A DNA stretch of 64,000 nt, from positions 1-64,000 of the forward strand of contig JBEKBM010000012.1 of assembly GCA_050015395.1 (NCBI GenBank), read 5' to 3'. Below are positions 48,392-59,219 of the stretch, piece after piece (the stretch's first letter is position 1; every line of letters begins with the position of its first letter). The notes beneath the pieces are model-generated. The model was not told the origin of the DNA, did not search any database, and saw only the letters and a program-made list of their open reading frames with translations. Origin of the DNA: Candidatus Bathyarchaeia archaeon. GTDB taxonomy: Archaea; Thermoproteota; Bathyarchaeia; Bathyarchaeales; Bathycorpusculaceae. The position numbers were made by a program, and so were the translations under genes.

Positions 48392-50008
48392 TTGGTACCT
48401 TCAACCTTGAAAAACGAAAATGCCTTACGGGAAATCATAAACATTCTAATGGAAATGCCGCATCCCACACGTGAAGAAGCGAACCGCCTAAAAATAAAAA
48501 CCGCAGCCAAATACCAACTTGAGGAGGTGCCGTCAAACGCTGATTTAATAAGGCTTTTAACGCCAAAAGAAGCAAAGCGCCTTTTACCCATTTTGCGAAG
48601 GAAGACAACGCGCACAATCTCTGGAGTAACAGTAGTCGCCACCATGACTAAACCCTACCCGTGTCCACAGCCAGAACCATGCGCCTACTGCCCCGGAGGA
48701 CCAACCCAGGGCTCTCCGCAAAGTTACACTGGACATGAGCCGGCAGCCATGCGCGGAACCCAAAACAACTTCGACCCCTACATGCAAGTCAGAAGCCGCA
48801 TCGACCAGCTCTCAGCAATTGGGCACAAAGTGGATAAAATCGAGCTAATCGTCATGGGAGGAACTTTCCCCGCAACGCCCGTGGAGTACCAAACGTGGTT
48901 TATCCAACGCTGCCTAGACGCAATAACAGGCAAAAACTCCCAGAGCTTAGAGGAGGCAAAAGCAAACGCTGAAACAAGCAAAACTCGCAACGTAGGCATA
49001 ACCGTGGAAACTCGTCCAGACTGGGCAAAACAACCGCACATAAACGCAATGCTGGACATGGGAGTAACGCGCATTGAACTTGGCGTACAAAACCCAGACG
49101 ACGAGATATACCGTTTAGTCGGCAGAACCCACACTGTAGCAGACGTAGAAGAAGCAACACGCATCGCAAAGGACGCGGGACTCAAAATTGTTTACCACTT
49201 AATGCCTGGAATGCCCGGCTCCAACCCGCAAAAGGACCTTGCCGCGTTCAAGCGGGTTTTCACTGACCCAGCCTTCAAGCCAGACATGATTAAAATTTAC
49301 CCGTGCCTGTGCATCGCTGGCACAAAAGCCAATGAATGGTACCAAAGCGGCACCTACAAACCCTACACAACAGAACAAGCGGTTGAACTTATCGCTGAAG
49401 TCAAAAAGTTCATCCCGCCGTGGGTAAGAGTGATGCGTGTTCAACGGGACATTCCAGCAGGACTCATCTTGGCTGGTGTTAAGAAGAGCAACCTACGCCA
49501 ACTTGTGCATGAACAACTCAAGGCGCAAGGCGACAAGTGCCAATGCATCCGATGCAGAGAAGTGGGGCACAGAATGGCAGTTGACCATGTGAAGCCAGAT
49601 CTGGAAAAAATCAAAATCCAATCAATCAGGTATGATGCTTCCGAGGGCAAGGAAGTCTTCATTTCAGCCGAAGATCAACAAAATAACATCCTGTTAGGCT
49701 ATTTGCGTTTGCGTGTACCATCCGCGAAGGCGCACAGGCCAGAAATCGCCGTTGCACCATCCGCTATTGTTCGTGAGCTTCACGTTTACGGTCCACTTGT
49801 GCCAGTTGGAAAACACTCTGTTGGCGCTTGGCAGCATAAAGGCTTTGGTGCAGACTTGCTAAGGGAAGCGGAACGCATGGCGCTTGAGGATTATGATTTG
49901 AAAAAGCTTTTAGTTATAAGTGCGTTAGGAACAAGAAGATATTACATGCGTTTCGGTTACGAGCGCGATGGAGTTTACGTATCCAAAAAACTGGAGAACC
50001 CTCGATGA
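48392..50008 (+). CDS. elp3: tRNA uridine(34) carboxymethylation enzyme Elp3 (radical SAM + KAT)
   Basis: RTISGV, CPQPEPCAYCPGG, QSYTGHEP, MGGTF, ETRPD, KIYP, RVQRDIP, CIRCRE, RELHVYG, QHKGFG. Confidence 0.95.
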   Translation: MVPSTLKNENALREIINILMEMPHPTREEANRLKIKTAAKYQLEEVPSNADLIRLLTPKEAKRLLPILRRKTTRTISGVTVVATMTKPYPCPQPEPCAYCPGGPTQGSPQSYTGHEPAAMRGTQNNFDPYMQVRSRIDQLSAIGHKVDKIELIVMGGTFPATPVEYQTWFIQRCLDAITGKNSQSLEEAKANAETSKTRNVGITVETRPDWAKQPHINAMLDMGVTRIELGVQNPDDEIYRLVGRTHTVADVEEATRIAKDAGLKIVYHLMPGMPGSNPQKDLAAFKRVFTDPAFKPDMIKIYPCLCIAGTKANEWYQSGTYKPYTTEQAVELIAEVKKFIPPWVRVMRVQRDIPAGLILAGVKKSNLRQLVHEQLKAQGDKCQCIRCREVGHRMAVDHVKPDLEKIKIQSIRYDASEGKEVFISAEDQQNNILLGYLRLRVPSAKAHRPEIAVAPSAIVRELHVYGPLVPVGKHSVGAWQHKGFGADLLREAERMALEDYDLKKLLVISALGTRRYYMRFGYERDGVYVSKKLENPR

Positions 50009-51363
50009 GTCAACTTGAAAATTCAGGTTACAAGGGCTCAGCCTTAGAAGCCCTCAAAAAGGCGGACTGCGACGTTGGAGACATCATACGAGTCATCAGC
50101 AAAGGCAAAAACTATGAAGGCATCCTTATTCCCCGCTCAGAACTAGGCGAAGGCACCGCCGTCATCGTTAAAATGAAAAGCGGCTACAACATCGGCATAC
50201 GCATTACACCAGAAGTTAAAATTGAAAAAATCGGGAAAGGCGCAAAACCCGCTTTCGCTTCGCCGCCCCTGCCAAAACAGAACCCAGCTTTGCCCCATGT
50301 TGTGATAATGAGCACGGGCGGAACAATCGCCAGCCGAGTTGACTACCGCACAGGAGCAGTACGCTCAGCACTTTCCGCAAGCGACCTCTACGGCGTAGTT
50401 CCAGAACTCTCAGACGTTGCCCAAGTTGACACAGAAATAGTCTTCAGCTTATACAGTGAAAACATAACCCAGAAACACTGGAAAGAACTCGCAGAAACAG
50501 TAGCGAAACGCATTGAAGAAGGCGTAGACGGCGTGGTAATTGCGCACGGCACAGATACGATGGCTTACACTTCAGCCGCGTTAAGCTTCGCACTGCAAAA
50601 CCTGCCTGTCCCAGTCATAGTTGTTGGCGCTCAACGTTCCTCTGACCGCCCAAGCAGTGACGCAGCAACAAACCTTATCGGTGCGGTGAAAGCCGCTGGG
50701 GAAGGACCGTTCGCGGAAGTAGGCTTAGCCATGCATGAAGCCGTCTCCGACACCGCTATTGTCATTCATAGGGGAACAAAAGTCCGCAAATGCCACACAA
50801 GCCGACGAGACACCTTCAAATCAATCAACGGGTTCCCAATGGCAAGAGTAAAAAATCAACAAGTAACCATGCTAACAAACCAGTACCAGCACCGTGACAC
50901 ATCAAAAAAGCTGGTTCTGAAACCAAATTTCAGCGAAAAAGCCGCTTTAATCAAATTTTACCCAGGGCTTGACCCAGCAATCATCGACTGGTATGTCGAC
51001 AAAGGCGCAAGGGGCATTTTGCTGGAAGGCTCAGGTTTAGGTCACGTAAGCAAATACTGCTTTGACAGCATCAAAAACGCTGTTGCAAAAGGCGTAGTGG
51101 TTGCGTTGGCTTCCCAGTGCATTTGGGGAAGAGTAAACATGAACGTGTACGACACGGGCAGAGACTTGCTATCCTTCGGCGTAATCCCAATGGATGACAT
51201 GTTCCCTGAAACAGCCCTTGTCAAGCTAATGTGGGTTCTGGGACAAACCGACAGCCCGCAAGAAGCAGCGAAGCTTTTGAAAACTAACGTTGCGGGAGAA
51301 TTCTCGCCAAGAACGCTTCCTCAAGAAGACATCTTTGAAGGAGGAGAAAAAGTTGGCAATTGA
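50005..51363 (+). CDS. gatD: Glu-tRNA(Gln) amidotransferase subunit D
   Basis: KMKSGYNIG, STGGTIASRVDYRTG, HGTDT, GAQRSSDRPSSDA, RKCHTSRRD. Confidence 0.96.
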   Translation: MSQLENSGYKGSALEALKKADCDVGDIIRVISKGKNYEGILIPRSELGEGTAVIVKMKSGYNIGIRITPEVKIEKIGKGAKPAFASPPLPKQNPALPHVVIMSTGGTIASRVDYRTGAVRSALSASDLYGVVPELSDVAQVDTEIVFSLYSENITQKHWKELAETVAKRIEEGVDGVVIAHGTDTMAYTSAALSFALQNLPVPVIVVGAQRSSDRPSSDAATNLIGAVKAAGEGPFAEVGLAMHEAVSDTAIVIHRGTKVRKCHTSRRDTFKSINGFPMARVKNQQVTMLTNQYQHRDTSKKLVLKPNFSEKAALIKFYPGLDPAIIDWYVDKGARGILLEGSGLGHVSKYCFDSIKNAVAKGVVVALASQCIWGRVNMNVYDTGRDLLSFGVIPMDDMFPETALVKLMWVLGQTDSPQEAAKLLKTNVAGEFSPRTLPQEDIFEGGEKVGN

Positions 51364-53248
51364 CTACGCTAAAGTAGGGTTAAAAGTTGGTTTAGAAATC
51401 CACCAGCAACTGAACGCAAAAACAAAACTGTTCTGCAGTTGCCCGCTTGAACTCTTCAAGGAAGAGCCAGAAATCACTTTCCTACGCAGGCTAAGACCAA
51501 CGCAGAGTGAACTAGGCCAAGTTGACCCTGCTGCATATTTTGAGTTCCAGAAAGGCGTAAAAATCCTCTACGAAGCAAACAAAGCAAGCGCGTGCCTTGT
51601 GGAAATGGATGAGGAACCACCGCACCCCATAAACACGGAAGCAGTCGAGATTGTGCTAACAGTAGCATTAATGACGAACTCTGTGCCGATTGATGAAGTT
51701 CACGTTATGCGCAAAACCGTCATTGACGGCTCTAACACAAGTGGTTTTCAGCGAACATGCATTATTGCCTCTGACGGATGGATTAAGGTTGGAGAAAAAA
51801 CCATTCCAATCCAAGCTTTAAGCCTAGAAGAGGATGCAGCGCGCAAAACAGGAACAGAAAACGAGGGCAAAACGATTCGTTACCGCATAGACCGCTTAGG
51901 CATACCGCTCATCGAAGTCACCACTGGACCAGTAATCTACTCGCCAATGGAAGCACAGGAAGTCGCGTTCGCCATAGGCAGGATTTTACGCGATACTGGC
52001 AAAGTAATGCGCGGTTTAGGCACTATACGTCAAGACTTGAACGTGTCCTTGCCAAATGGCGCTTTGATTGAGATTAAAGGTGTCCAAGAGCTTGAGTTAA
52101 TCTCTAAAGTGGTAGATTACGAGGTTCAACGGCAACTTGGGCTTATCAGCGTAAAAGAGGAACTCACAAAGCGAGGCGTTAAAACAGAAGACCTAAAGCA
52201 AGAATTCGTTGACGTTTCAAATATCTTTAAGGAAACAAAATGCAAAGTCATCCAAAAAGCAATTGACAAAAACCAGAAAGTCCTAGCTGTTAAGCTGCCA
52301 AAGTTCGCAGGACTCTTAAAACGTGAACTTATGCCTGACTTCCGCGTTGGAACCGAACTTTCTGATAGGGCAAAGTTCTGGGGCAGAGTCGGCGGAATAT
52401 TCCACACTGACGAAATGCCCAATTACGACATCACCCCCCAAGAAGTAGAAGCCTTAAGAAAAACGGTTGATGCAGGTGAATTGGACGCGGCAGTTTTCGT
52501 TGCTGACACGGCAGAAAACGTTTTGGACGCCTTAAAAGCCGTTGTTGAACGTGCACAAGAAGCAGTAACTGGTGTTCCAGCTGAAACTCGCACGGCAAAA
52601 GAGGATGGAACAACAAGGTATATGCGCCCAAGACCAGGAGCAGCAAGAATGTACCCTGAAACCGACATCCCGCCAACACTGATAACCGACGACTTAATGG
52701 AGACGGTTCGCAACAACTTGCCTGAGCCTGCCGAAAAGAAACTCTCACGCTTGATTAAGCAGTACGGTTTAAATGAGAAGTTAGCCAAGCAAATTGCCGA
52801 CTCAGAATATAACCTTCTATTCGAAGAAATCGTGAAAGAAACTGGGGTTCAAGCTTCAACTGTGGCAGCGTTCTTAACTGAAACACTCAAGGCTCTGAAA
52901 CGTGATGGTGCCCAAGTTGAAAAAGTCGGAGAAGACCAAATAAAAAGTATTTTTAGGGCTGTCGGTTCAGGAGAACTTACGAAAGAGGCTGTGCCAGATG
53001 TTTTTAGCTGGCTTTCAAAAAACGAGGGCAAATCCGTGCAGGATGCCGTAGCCGCCTTGGGTTTGAAAATGTTAACTGAAGCTGAGTTGGCGCCGATTGT
53101 TGACCGCGCGGTTGCAGCTAGCAAGCAGTCAGTTGATAAGTTGGGTAAGAATGCTTACGGAATGCTTATGGGCGCTGTAATGAAGGAAGTGCGTGGAAAG
53201 GCTAATCCTGAATTGGTTGCCAAACTGTTGAGGGAACGCCTCAAATAA
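51353..53248 (+). CDS. gatE: Glu-tRNA(Gln) amidotransferase subunit E
   Basis: GLEIHQQL, RRLRPTQSELG, MRKTVIDGSNTSGFQRT, RGLGTIRQD, RPRPGAARMYPETD; TTG start at 51353 overlapping gatD. Confidence 0.96.
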   Translation: MAIDYAKVGLKVGLEIHQQLNAKTKLFCSCPLELFKEEPEITFLRRLRPTQSELGQVDPAAYFEFQKGVKILYEANKASACLVEMDEEPPHPINTEAVEIVLTVALMTNSVPIDEVHVMRKTVIDGSNTSGFQRTCIIASDGWIKVGEKTIPIQALSLEEDAARKTGTENEGKTIRYRIDRLGIPLIEVTTGPVIYSPMEAQEVAFAIGRILRDTGKVMRGLGTIRQDLNVSLPNGALIEIKGVQELELISKVVDYEVQRQLGLISVKEELTKRGVKTEDLKQEFVDVSNIFKETKCKVIQKAIDKNQKVLAVKLPKFAGLLKRELMPDFRVGTELSDRAKFWGRVGGIFHTDEMPNYDITPQEVEALRKTVDAGELDAAVFVADTAENVLDALKAVVERAQEAVTGVPAETRTAKEDGTTRYMRPRPGAARMYPETDIPPTLITDDLMETVRNNLPEPAEKKLSRLIKQYGLNEKLAKQIADSEYNLLFEEIVKETGVQASTVAAFLTETLKALKRDGAQVEKVGEDQIKSIFRAVGSGELTKEAVPDVFSWLSKNEGKSVQDAVAALGLKMLTEAELAPIVDRAVAASKQSVDKLGKNAYGMLMGAVMKEVRGKANPELVAKLLRERLK

Positions 53249-53334
53249 CACTTTTTTCTTGCAAAAACCAGCGCTGAGGCGCAAATCCTAAAAAGGCTTA
53301 ACATAGCTTATAGCAAGTAAGTGGAAGAGTTAAA

Positions 53335-53805
53335 ATGAAGCGTATTGAAGCACGTATTAAAACTCCTTTCGGAGAAGTGGTCATTGAGGGAGAAAATCCC
53401 CAAGAAATTCTTGACATGCTTGGAGTTATCCCAGAAGGTTTCGTTGAGAAACTAAACGATTTTGTGTCTAACAAACTTACACCGTCAGGGGCACAGTTAA
53501 AAGGTATCGTTGAACCCACAACCGAAGGCCCAGTAATAGTTACACGTGAAAAGCTCACGCATTATGAGGCTGTAGGATTGATTCTTTACGCTTCAGAAGA
53601 AAAAAAGAGTACCGCAGCCCAAGTTACTAAACTTTTAGACTCTAGCGGCATAAACGCTATGGTTCCTGCACGATTAAATGAAATGACCAAGCGTGGACAA
53701 ATATTCAAGCCCGACCCGAATAAGCCAGAGTTTAAGCTTACAATTCAAGGTGAGAAATGGATTGAAGAAGAGGTTCTCACGAAGCTTAGAGGCAAAATGA
53801 GTTGA
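53335..53805 (+). CDS. Hypothetical protein with probable C-terminal winged helix
   Basis: VPARLNEMTKRGQI...FKLTIQGEKWI wing pattern. Confidence 0.7.
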   Translation: MKRIEARIKTPFGEVVIEGENPQEILDMLGVIPEGFVEKLNDFVSNKLTPSGAQLKGIVEPTTEGPVIVTREKLTHYEAVGLILYASEEKKSTAAQVTKLLDSSGINAMVPARLNEMTKRGQIFKPDPNKPEFKLTIQGEKWIEEEVLTKLRGKMS

Positions 53806-54314
53806 GCATTAAAGCAGAAAAAATCCAGGTTCAAATCAAATATAAAGGAATTGAGCAGCAGTTTTCCGCTGACCCGCAAGACGCATGGCTTCTGGTAAAC
53901 CAGTTTTTCAAAGACTTTATTCCCTCATTCGAAATAGCCCAGAAACTTTGGCTCAGCGTCGACCTTCAACAACTCGCCAAAGAACTAAATGGCATAGTGG
54001 CTTTTTCATGTGATGGCGCAAGCCTGCTGGCTCCTAAGAGCAAGTTAACGGATAATGAAGCTTTATCGATTTGGCTAACAGCCCAGTACCTTGGGCATAA
54101 ACTAGGCATGCTCAACAGCGACTCACTATCAAAAGATGAGTTGCAAGCTAAGCTTGGAAAAAGCGGCAAAATAACCAGCACACGCTTAGGCGAACTGGCA
54201 AAAAACGGTGTAGTGCAGAAGACTGCTGACGATAAGTTTAGGATAACAACCTACGGCGTTATGCAAACGCAAAAAGAGGTTATTCCAAAAATCAAATCAA
54301 AAATTAAAGCCTAA
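53802..54314 (+). CDS. Hypothetical protein with probable C-terminal winged helix
   Basis: ITSTRLGELAKNGVV...FRITTYG; 4-nt overlap with previous gene. Confidence 0.7.
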   Translation: MSIKAEKIQVQIKYKGIEQQFSADPQDAWLLVNQFFKDFIPSFEIAQKLWLSVDLQQLAKELNGIVAFSCDGASLLAPKSKLTDNEALSIWLTAQYLGHKLGMLNSDSLSKDELQAKLGKSGKITSTRLGELAKNGVVQKTADDKFRITTYGVMQTQKEVIPKIKSKIKA

Positions 54315-54726
54315 ATTTCTTCTTAACAAGTGAAGACAGTAGATTCGCAGGGCAAAAAGGGTTTGTGGTTTTGTTTAAAAGTTAACCTTTGGATTTAGGT
54401 TTTCTATTGCTCTGGGTTTTCAAAAGGGCTCCTTTAATATCTGTGTGATCTCTACCTACCTGGTAGGTCACAAAATATATACGTTTTGCATATACGTTTG
54501 TATATACACTGGGCATGTGCCTAAAGCGTTTAAGCCTAGTGCGAGGTCTTGTAAGTAAGTGCTCTTATCCATTGAAAGAATCTCTTAATACTGACAGGCT
54601 CTTGAGTGAATACTCCGCGTCATCGTTTCAGCAGGTTTCACGCCCAACTAAAGCTTACTTGCGGAACTACTAGAAGAGCAAAATGTATATTACTTGCATG
54701 CTACACATTTTTATTGAGGTTGGCTA

Positions 54727-54981
54727 ATGAATTTTTCAATCTTACTGCCGACAATATATTCAATTCTCAGCAGTTTGGGACTCGGATCATTAAACATACC
54801 TTTTCTCATCATTCTGGTCATAATTGGCTTGATAATAATAATTCTGATAAAGCTATTTCTAGTGCTGATTCCTGCAATTATCGTTGCTGCCATCGTATAT
54901 TTCCTTTCTGGCCATGACCTGTTTTGGACTGGCATTGCCTTCCTAATAGTTGCGCTCTTATCGATACTATCCAAAATATGA
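54727..54981 (+). CDS. Small hydrophobic membrane protein
   Basis: 84 aa, almost entirely TM; GAGGT RBS. Confidence 0.7.
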   Translation: MNFSILLPTIYSILSSLGLGSLNIPFLIILVIIGLIIIILIKLFLVLIPAIIVAAIVYFLSGHDLFWTGIAFLIVALLSILSKI

Positions 54982-55177
54982 AAAGCCTCTAAACATCAAA
55001 TAAACAAGTTTCTTCTTTTTTTAACCACTTTGCTGACAAACGCTTTCTATAACTTGTTCTCTGAAAGAGCCTAAATAAGATTTTATTTTTCAGTTGCGTT
55101 AATGGTGTTTCATAAGACTTTTATATTGGGTCATGGGTTCTTGGTTATTACAAGAAATCCATTAGGAACACGATAAT

Positions 55178-55420
55178 ATGATGGAACCAAGTAAAAAACC
55201 GTTGAATGTCCTCATAAAACAATTGCATGGAAATATTGAAGTCGTTCTTAAAAATGGTTTCGACTATAAGGGAAAAATGATAAAATGCGACGGGCACATG
55301 AACATTCTTCTTGAAGGCGCAAACGAATCCAAAGACGAACAATTAATGACAAACTACGGCAATGTGCTGCTTCGCGGAAACAACGTTCTCTACATTGTCC
55401 TAGACGCCGATAAGCATTAA
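55178..55420 (+). CDS. Sm-like archaeal protein (SmAP/LSm)
   Basis: Sm1 LKNG...G...DGHMNILL and Sm2 LLRGNNV. Confidence 0.92.
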   Translation: MMEPSKKPLNVLIKQLHGNIEVVLKNGFDYKGKMIKCDGHMNILLEGANESKDEQLMTNYGNVLLRGNNVLYIVLDADKH

Positions 55421-56316
55421 ATAGCCAAACTTCTGGTTTTCCCAGTCACGTAATCGCAGGCTTCTTCAATAGCCACTTTTAAGTTAAACTTGCGGTTGAA
55501 AAAAGTAAGTACGTTTTTAAGGTCTCGCTCAAGCAATTCCTCCGCGTTTGCATGATCAGTCATCACGTATTGTGGCCAGTCAATAATGAGGATATGCCCA
55601 TCAGGTTTTAGGATGATGTTGTAGTCGCTGAGGTCTGCGTGAATAATGTGCGCTTTCAAGTACGCTTTCCTTACATTGCGCAATATTTCTTTTAGGATTT
55701 TTTCAGGCTTTTGAATCTCTTTATATTTGGATAATTCTGCACCTTCAATCATTCCCATGGCAATAACGTGTCTGTTTTGGCTTATTGGCTCTGGTACTGA
55801 AACGCCGTTTTTGTAAACAAGTTGCATCGCTTGGAACTCTTTTTCTGCTGATACATGCGATTGGAAAAGCCATGAGGAGTGTTCGCGTATGTAGCCTCTT
55901 TTTCTTCTTGTTTGCCTAAAGCTTATTCTTCCTAGCCTATGAAATTTCACGGCTATGCGTTTGCCGTCGGGGCTTAATGCGTCATAAACATCCGCTTCTT
56001 TTCCAACGCCTAGGGATTGCCCAAACGAGTCAATTACTCCTGCTTTGACAAGGGTATTTATCGCTAGGCAATCGTAGCCTGCATAGTTTAAGGTGTGCCC
56101 AACATAAGCTCCTTTTGTTCGGTAAATTAATCCTAGCTTGTTCAGCTTGCCCAACGTAAATTCTATACGTTCCATTGGCAGTTTTGCGTATTTTTGTATT
56201 TGCTCTATAGGTACAAATTCGCGTTTGCTCATAGCAGCTTCGATAATGTTTAGTATTCTGAAATCTTCGCTTTCAAGTTGTCGGAATACTTTGACTGCTA
56301 CTTCAGCACTTGACAC
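55417..56316 (-). CDS. rio2: RIO2-type Ser/Thr kinase
   Basis: N-terminal wHTH, GYDCLA, GVGKEADVY, KFHRLGRISF, HADLSDYNI, IDWPQ. Confidence 0.93.
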   Translation of the reverse strand: MSSAEVAVKVFRQLESEDFRILNIIEAAMSKREFVPIEQIQKYAKLPMERIEFTLGKLNKLGLIYRTKGAYVGHTLNYAGYDCLAINTLVKAGVIDSFGQSLGVGKEADVYDALSPDGKRIAVKFHRLGRISFRQTRRKRGYIREHSSWLFQSHVSAEKEFQAMQLVYKNGVSVPEPISQNRHVIAMGMIEGAELSKYKEIQKPEKILKEILRNVRKAYLKAHIIHADLSDYNIILKPDGHILIIDWPQYVMTDHANAEELLERDLKNVLTFFNRKFNLKVAIEEACDYVTGKTRSLAI

Positions 56317-56476
56317 ACTTATGATGTAGGTTGCTTTTCACTTAAACACTATGTTCCCGTAGCATTAACAGAGTTTTTTGGGTTGGACTTATATGGAAGT
56401 AATGTAAGAATATGGTTAAATATGCCAAAACCGCCCACAAATAATAGATGTTTGATGTAACGTTTGGTTTTGAAAC

Positions 56477-57199
56477 ATGGCAGTAGATCAAGAAAATATT
56501 TCAAAGATACTTTCAATCCTTTCGCATTCTTTGCGAAGGGAAATACTGCTGAACCTGAGCGAAAAAAGCGAGTCATCCTTCACTGACTTGCTTAACCTGC
56601 TAAAGGTTGATACTGGAAAATTAAGTTTTCACCTTCGCTCGTTAGAGGTTTTCATAGAGCAAACCCCTACGGGCAAGTACAAATTAAGCAGGGCTGGTGA
56701 AAGCGCAGTAAGAGTTATCCATGACGTAGAAGGCTGGGCAGAAGTAGCGGATGTACAAAGAAAAGAAAGCCAACTTCCGCTTGCTTCTCTAAAAAACAGA
56801 ATTTCAGCTTTCGTAATTGATTTTGCGTTAATACTTGCAATCACGATGGCAATTATTTTTCTTCCCCAACTCATTTCTATGTCTGCGGCAACCTTTTTCG
56901 CGGCATTAACCAGAACAGTACTTTTCATTACTGTGGGTCTTCTTTGGCTTTATTCTACTTTGCTTGAAGGATTTAACAGTCAAACCATAGGCAAACGCAT
57001 TATGGGTTTGAAGGTCGTTAGAACTGATGGAAAGAAAATGTCCTATGACCATGCAGCAGTAAGGAACTTTGGGAAAATTTTGCCTCTGTTGCCCTTTGAC
57101 TTAATTATTGGGTGGCGACTGAAAAATCCCACATTCATGAGGTACTTTGACAAGTTTGCCGGTACAACCGTCATTGACCTGCGTTCATCTCACCTATAG
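56477..57199 (+). CDS. ArsR-type HTH fused to RDD membrane domain
   Basis: LSHSLRREIL...GKLSFHL; RISAFVID, QTIGKRIMGLKVV, DKFAGTTVI. Confidence 0.85.
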   Translation: MAVDQENISKILSILSHSLRREILLNLSEKSESSFTDLLNLLKVDTGKLSFHLRSLEVFIEQTPTGKYKLSRAGESAVRVIHDVEGWAEVADVQRKESQLPLASLKNRISAFVIDFALILAITMAIIFLPQLISMSAATFFAALTRTVLFITVGLLWLYSTLLEGFNSQTIGKRIMGLKVVRTDGKKMSYDHAAVRNFGKILPLLPFDLIIGWRLKNPTFMRYFDKFAGTTVIDLRSSHL

Positions 57200-57271
57200 T
57201 ATTCCCCTCATTTTTAATGTAAAATCTTATTTGGTGCCAGATGTAATAGTCTTCTACTGGACAGGATTCAC

Positions 57272-57736
57272 ATGAGCGAAATGGAACTTCGGGTGTCAAA
57301 AATTAAAGACGGCACAGTCATCGACCACATTAGAGGTGGATACGCGTTGGATGTCATCAAGATTTTAGGAATAACAGGCAAGGAAAAACGGGTAATTACT
57401 ATCGCCATTAATGTTCCAAGCAAACGTTTCGGAGTCAAGGACATCGTGAAAATTGAAGGTCGAGCACTTAACTCTCAGGAGGTTAATCGAATAGCTTTAG
57501 TGGCTCCTCACGCATCAATCAACATTATTCATAATTACAAGGTTGTTGAAAAGCTGGAAGTTAAGTTGCCGAAGGCTATTGAAGGGATAGTTAAATGCGT
57601 AAATCCGTGTTGCATAAGTAACAGCGATGAACCAGTAGCCTCAAAATTTTACGTTAAGAACGAGGAACCTTTATCGTTGAAATGCCATTATTGCGGCATC
57701 ATTTTAGAACAGGCTGATGTTCTCCAACAACTCTAG
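57272..57736 (+). CDS. pyrI: Aspartate carbamoyltransferase regulatory subunit
   Basis: IKDGTVIDHI, KDIVKIE, CVNPCCISN...CHYC. Confidence 0.96.
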   Translation: MSEMELRVSKIKDGTVIDHIRGGYALDVIKILGITGKEKRVITIAINVPSKRFGVKDIVKIEGRALNSQEVNRIALVAPHASINIIHNYKVVEKLEVKLPKAIEGIVKCVNPCCISNSDEPVASKFYVKNEEPLSLKCHYCGIILEQADVLQQL

Positions 57737-57744
57737 TAACGGCT

Positions 57745-58206
57745 TCACCCTAAGCTTTCTTGCGCCAACTCAAACAATTTTTTAAAATCTTTTTCATGAA
57801 AAACTTTGCCTTGATTTATTCCTGGGCACTCAAGCGTAAAATCAAAATTATGCAACCCTTTCTTCTCATCAAATTTTAACTCAAAGGGATAAAACATGCA
57901 AATTAATGGTCTTAACGGGTAAATGCTGCATTGATTGTCTTTTAAGTAGACGCATTTGCCTTCACTTGTCTTTTTCATTTCATAAACGTAAGGAAGCTTA
58001 TCCTTAATTTCCCCTGAAAAATCAAGTATGAGCTGGGAAGTATGAGAGGCAATCTTTTTGGCTTCGGCTTCTAAGAGGAGAATATGCCTATTTTTTTGTT
58101 TAGTGTCACCGCAGCATAAACCACATCTATTGCAGTCGAACAGTATGTTAACGGGATAGGTAAAGTCCACTTTTGGTCCACAACTAATTCTTGAAAGAGG
58201 TGCCAT
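57745..58206 (-). CDS. YkgJ family cysteine-cluster protein
   Basis: CNRCGLCC, CVYL...CSIYPLRPLICMFYPF, CPG. Confidence 0.88.
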   Translation of the reverse strand: MAPLSRISCGPKVDFTYPVNILFDCNRCGLCCGDTKQKNRHILLLEAEAKKIASHTSQLILDFSGEIKDKLPYVYEMKKTSEGKCVYLKDNQCSIYPLRPLICMFYPFELKFDEKKGLHNFDFTLECPGINQGKVFHEKDFKKLFELAQESLG

Positions 58207-58230
58207 AAAAACTTCGCAGGCTACTTTGTT

Positions 58231-58575
58231 TTATTCAGGCTGTTTATTACGGTGACCTTCGCCATACTGGAAAGAACGGCTAAAGTTTTTGTCGAGTTTT
58301 CTTTGGAATACTTCGTCGAGGTTCATGTTTGGACAAGCTAAGCGGCTTGCATCTAAAACATAAAAGATCACATCGATTAATTCTTCAGCTATTTTTTCTT
58401 CAGGCAAACCTTTTTTCCAAGCATCACTTGCTTCGCCTAGCTCTATGAAGGCAAAAAGCAGTTTCTTTGGAATGTCTTCAGGCTTATTGTAAAATCCCTT
58501 GGCAATTACAAGAGATTCTATTTGCTTCTTCATCTGTTCCAGATTCAACTTCGGTTTCGCCTCAAGACTTAACAA
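58231..58575 (-). CDS. MazG-like nucleotide pyrophosphohydrolase
   Basis: ELGEA...EELIDV. Confidence 0.82.
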   Translation of the reverse strand: MLSLEAKPKLNLEQMKKQIESLVIAKGFYNKPEDIPKKLLFAFIELGEASDAWKKGLPEEKIAEELIDVIFYVLDASRLACPNMNLDEVFQRKLDKNFSRSFQYGEGHRNKQPE

Positions 58576-58871
58576 AAACTATAGCTCCCTTATTTATAGT
58601 TAAATCTAGGCAGCGAAAGCTTGCAAGTTGCTTGTGACTGCTATAGCACTACCACAAATTTTTATTTTATATTAAACGCGTAGGATATTATCAGCGAACA
58701 TTGCGAGTCGTTTGGCAGGCAAACCTGCTGCCATGATATGGCTCTGTCCCAAATCTGCACTATGGGGCTTAGGCTCCCAAATGTGTATTTTTGGGCATCC
58801 TTTTAGGCGGTTAGAGTAATCTGCCAAACGGCACCTCAACATTTAAAATTTTAAAAAAATGCTCGAGCTTA

Positions 58872-59219
58872 TTACTTTTCTATTTGCTTTAGCAATTGTT
58901 CAAGCAAAGGTTTGGAGCCTGCTAAATCAATCTTTGATGTATCCCAGAGTATTTGGAGGTCTACTCCGAAGTATTCGTGGATTAGTTTGTCTCGCATTCC
59001 AGTCATTCTTTTCCATGCAATCTCAGGATGTTCCCTTTTTACGCTTGCAGGGATGTTTTTCGCTGCTTCTCATATGACAGCGAAATTCCTTATGACCGCA
59101 TCGATAGTTTTATTGTCTTTGGAGAATTGCTCAAACGTTAGTCTCTCCAAGTACTGGTTTATTCTTCCAATGGCTTCCAAAATATCTTGAATATACATTC
59201 TATAGTCTTTTTCACGCAT
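58872..59219 (-). pseudogene. HEPN/DUF86 (HepT-like) RNase toxin with an in-frame TGA at codon 50
   Basis: DAVIRNFAVI*EAAK...WKRMTGMRDKLIHEYFGVD; TGA (59070-59072) replaces the Gly of IGEA; overlaps the MNT stop. Confidence 0.85.

Noticed and set aside
59070-59072. In-frame TGA as selenocysteine
   Set aside because: It aligns with a conserved Gly (IGEA), not a Cys, so a nonsense mutation or error is simpler
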